A stretch of DNA of 60,715 bases from a virus, in the IMG/VR virus record IMGVR_UViG_3300045988_118650; one strand, 5' to 3'. Within the stretch, counting starts at the first letter, position 1, and each line of letters starts with the position of its first letter. Both the position numbers and the translations under genes were made by a program. Shown here piece after piece: positions 58,607 through 60,715 of the stretch. The notes beneath the pieces are model-generated. The model saw only the letters and a program-made list of their open reading frames with translations, did not search any database and was not told where the DNA came from.

Positions 58607-58635
58607 ATTATCACTTACTTTTGTGAGTAAGTCAA
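58607..58635 (-). promoter_or_regulatory. Early promoter: -35 TTGACT, 17-nt operator spacer (ACTTAC-TTTT-GTGAGT), -10 GATAAT
   Basis: Reverse complement read directly. Confidence 0.65.
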
Positions 58636-58655
58636 CAGGCAAGATAATGATTTGT

Positions 58656-58671
58656 ACTCATTATTGTGTTG
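58656..58671. promoter_or_regulatory. Operator copy ACTCAT-TATT-GTGTTG
   Basis: Read directly, upstream of the promoter at 58607-58635. Confidence 0.4.
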
Positions 58672-58692
58672 AAAAGCCCGTGCAAAATGTGG

Positions 58693-58742
58693 AAAAGAAA
58701 AAAGGCCCATCCAAGAGCGGAAATGCTCAAAGACGGGCCTTT
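58693..58742 (-). terminator. Intrinsic terminator (second of two after the lysis genes)
   Basis: Minus strand AAAGGCCCGTC...GATGGGCCTTT followed by TTTCTTTT. Confidence 0.6.
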
Positions 58743-58800
58743 GTTAAGTTTGAAACTTGGATATTTAAGCAAGTTCCAATCAAGTTCTAATCAAGCTGCA

Positions 58801-58873
58801 AATAAAAAAATCCCCCGATCTGCATACCTGTGTACCCGGCGCGGTGCGTTGGGTTTCGGTCAGATCAGGGGAT
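58801..58873 (-). terminator. Long-loop hairpin + U7: terminator of the late operon
   Basis: Minus strand AUCCCCUGAUCUG - 38 nt - CAGAUCGGGGGAU followed by UUUUUUU. Confidence 0.55.
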
Positions 58874-59183
58874 TTTGTGCTGCCGTGGCGGCCAAATGAA
58901 GAAAATCAAGAACGGGGCCGCCCAGACCGGGCGCACCGCTCTCTACAAAGGCCAGAGCCTTTCAAGTAGGTTCATTTTAGCGCAGCTCCGGCGGCTTGTC
59001 AAGCGGGGCAGGAATCGCGCGGCGCGCATTTAACACGCGCAAATCGCGCGTTTTACGCTGATTTTGCGCTGACTTTTTGCAAAAAGCGCGTTTAAGGCCC
59101 GATGCTCCCGGCATTTATGTCGGGAGCATACCATTTTCGTGAGGTGCCGAAAATGGTCATGTTTGCGTGAGGGCACGAAAACG

Positions 59184-59564
59184 TCACATATAGGTCTTCT
59201 GGGCGCGTACCTGCGATTCAATCATCGGCTTGAGGTAGGCATCCACGTCGCCAAAGGTCTCTTTGATGAACAGGATCGTTTCATTGGTGAGGGACCTTTT
59301 AGCGGTTGCCAGAGCGTCGGCAAAGGCGCGTTTCTGTGCTTCCTCGTCAAACTTGTCCTGCTCCTTCAGGCTGTCAACGTAAGTCTGGTTGATGTCAGAC
59401 ACCGCGTTAGAAACGGCGTTTGCGGCGTTCTGGATGCAATGCTGCACAAACTGGTTATGCACATAGCTGTTGGCGATGCTGGCGGCCTTGTTGATGCCCC
59501 AGCCGAAAATAACGGTCAGAGCGGGGATGCAGGCGGTAATGGCGACTTTCATAAATTCATCCAT
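59184..59564 (-). CDS. Holin-like protein (LL-H-type layout: one N-terminal TM helix + long helical tail)
   Basis: MDEFMKVAITACIPALTVIFGWGINKAA...; ATG at 59562-59564. The upstream extension in the ORF track is Arg/Gly-rich and non-protein-like. Confidence 0.65.
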   Translation of the reverse strand: MDEFMKVAITACIPALTVIFGWGINKAASIANSYVHNQFVQHCIQNAANAVSNAVSDINQTYVDSLKEQDKFDEEAQKRAFADALATAKRSLTNETILFIKETFGDVDAYLKPMIESQVRAQKTYM

Positions 59565-59566
59565 GA

Positions 59567-59872
59567 TTATTCTCCTTTTGCTTCGTCGTCCGGCTGGCTG
59601 TTGTCTGCCGGGGTTTTGATCTTGTGTTTCTTGATGGTGGCCATCGCTCCAAACTCGACCATCCAAGGGGATGCCATGGCGGCAATGGCCAGACTGTCCG
59701 GGGCGGTCATGCTGTGCCAGTAGATGGCCAGAATCGCGGCGTCCAGCACGGTGCACATGAAAAGACAATAGATTACTGCCTTGTCCATAAAACGCCGCTG
59801 CTGGCGCTTTCTCTTGCGCTGGTGGCTGGTTGCGGGTGTGACGTTGATGTTCAGCTCCTGCACTGGTATCAC
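59567..59872 (-). CDS. Two-TM small membrane protein (holin/antiholin candidate)
   Basis: AVIYCLFMCTVLDAAILAIYW and LAIAAMASPWMVEFGAMATI. Confidence 0.6.
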   Translation of the reverse strand: MIPVQELNINVTPATSHQRKRKRQQRRFMDKAVIYCLFMCTVLDAAILAIYWHSMTAPDSLAIAAMASPWMVEFGAMATIKKHKIKTPADNSQPDDEAKGE

Positions 59873-59873
59873 C

Positions 59874-60545
59874 TCACAGCTTTTTCAGGTACTTGTCAGC
59901 ACCAGAGAGGGCTTTCCAACTTGCCGGGCCGCAGATGCCGTCCGCAACAAGCCCGTGCTGCTTCTGGGCACACATAAGGGCCTGCGTGGTTGCAGGCCCG
60001 AAAGTGCCGTCCTCTTTGATTTTGAGCAGCTTTTGCAGCATGATGATGGCGCTGCGGTTGGCTGCCCCGGTGCTGCCCTGCCGGATGGTGGGCAAAATAA
60101 AGGCATTGTATGTGGTCGAGGGATAGACGCCCGGCGACGTGCAAAGCCAGGTCGCTTTCCCGGCGCGGGTGTCCGCGTGGCACATAGCCGCCTTGGGGTG
60201 CCAGTAGATCCCGATACCGCCGAACCCGACGGCCTGCGCGATGATGCCCAGCGCTACCGGGTTCACGGTGCGGTTCATGGTGCGCCAGTCTGCGGCAAAC
60301 CCGTACAGGTGCTTGCTGTTGCGGCTGCCGCCGACGGCCTTGCTTGCGTTGTGGACAATGCAGCGATACCCGGACGTGATCTTCAGAGGGACGCCCAGCA
60401 CGTCCCGGATGCGTTGCAGCTTTTCCACAAGCTCCGTGTCGATCATCTGGGCTTCGCACTTTTTGCACTGGCATTGGAATTCGTCACGGGTGAAATTTTT
60501 GGTCAGTGCGGTGGTGTCGCCGCGCTTAAAGGTTACGATGCTCAT
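59874..60545 (-). CDS. Endolysin: peptidase M15A-type domain + C-terminal peptidoglycan-binding domain
   Basis: TSGYRCIVHNASKAVGGSRNSKHLYGFAADW (M15 His/Asp ligand pattern) and LQKLLKIKEDGTFGPATTQALMCAQKQHGLVADGICGPASWKAL (PG_binding_1-like). Confidence 0.88.
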   Translation of the reverse strand: MSIVTFKRGDTTALTKNFTRDEFQCQCKKCEAQMIDTELVEKLQRIRDVLGVPLKITSGYRCIVHNASKAVGGSRNSKHLYGFAADWRTMNRTVNPVALGIIAQAVGFGGIGIYWHPKAAMCHADTRAGKATWLCTSPGVYPSTTYNAFILPTIRQGSTGAANRSAIIMLQKLLKIKEDGTFGPATTQALMCAQKQHGLVADGICGPASWKALSGADKYLKKL

Positions 60546-60571
60546 ACAAAATCACTCCTCTCTGTTATGGG

Positions 60572-60715
60572 TCATAAAAAGTCATGGCTTTCCAGCAGCT
60601 CGTCGTACACGCGGTTGATGTTGGCAATGGCGTGGACGCACTTGCCGTTGGGGTAGTCATCGTGCGTATGGCAGTATGTTTCGTAGTCCTTGATGGTGCC
60701 AAGGATTTCATCAAA
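60572..60715 (-). CDS. 3' end of the junction-spanning gene (same gene as 1..456)
   Basis: The reverse complement ends ...VYDELLESHDFL-TGA, with the stop at 60572-60574, followed by GAGAGGAG and the endolysin ATG. Confidence 0.65.
   Translation of the reverse strand, partial: FDEILGTIKDYETYCHTHDDYPNGKCVHAIANINRVYDELLESHDFL
60575..60715. repeat. Terminal overlap, identical to 1..141
   Basis: Exact 141-bp copy of the window start. Confidence 0.95.

Larger units (their letters stand above)
1..60715. mobile_element. Complete circular temperate phage genome (myovirus-type); unique length 60574 bp
   Basis: All temperate-phage modules are present: integrase/repressors, replication-recombination, packaging, head, contractile tail and lysis. 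The window ends overlap exactly by 141 bp. No host-like flank is visible. Confidence 0.9.

Noticed and set aside
58666-59221. ORFs 58666-58899 (+), 58830-59033 (+) and 59030-59221 (-), and a tRNA/tmRNA search in this gap and in the other AT-rich gaps.
   Set aside because: The ORFs cross terminator hairpins and the phased A/T-tract region and have no RBS. I could not fold any cloverleaf with a T-loop-like GTTCRA motif, so no tRNA is called.

Overview
The window is a complete, circularly closed genome of a temperate contractile-tailed phage. Bases 1-141 recur exactly at 60575-60715, so the unique length is 60574 bp and there is no host flank. The host is probably Gram-positive or Clostridia-type, judging from the PBSX XkdK-XkdU-like tail module, LysM baseplate protein, DnaD/DnaC pair and large serine integrase. 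Almost all genes are on the minus strand. Reading down that strand: (1) Early/accessory region, 58.6 -> 39.9 kb: many small ORFs, a Bro-N antirepressor, two HNH nucleases, two Lar-like proteins, a frameshifted C5 methyltransferase, an SNF2-helicase/N6-N4 methyltransferase fusion and an ASCH protein. (2) Plus-strand lysogeny module, 37.5-39.8 kb: cI-like repressor, small ORF, serine recombinase. (3) Cro-like gene plus replication/recombination genes, 37.4 -> 30.8 kb: DUF1351, RecT, SSB, DnaD, DnaC, RusA. (4) A sigma-region-4-like late regulator. (5) A queD-dpdA-yhhQ 7-deazaguanine DNA-modification module followed by two ParB-like genes. (6) TerS/TerL/portal/MuF/XkdF-like protease-scaffold/capsid, connectors, sheath/tube, a chaperone with a -1 frameshift, tape measure, baseplate and fibres. 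(7) A complete diversity-generating retroelement (target-avd-TR-RT). (8) Across the circular junction, the lysis cassette. Main points for follow-up: the DGR, where TR and VR differ at 10 positions and all 10 are TR adenines; the salvage-type deazaguanine module with adjacent tandem ParB-like genes as possible DpdB analogues; five near-identical minus-strand promoters whose 17-nt spacer is a 16-bp inverted-repeat operator, plus about ten further operator copies; a twice-repeated ~115-135-bp intergenic element of unknown function; a G9 tract that frameshifts the C5 methyltransferase; and a plus-strand HTH + YbjQ-like moron. All functional calls come from reading the translations and motifs by eye. 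No database search was run.
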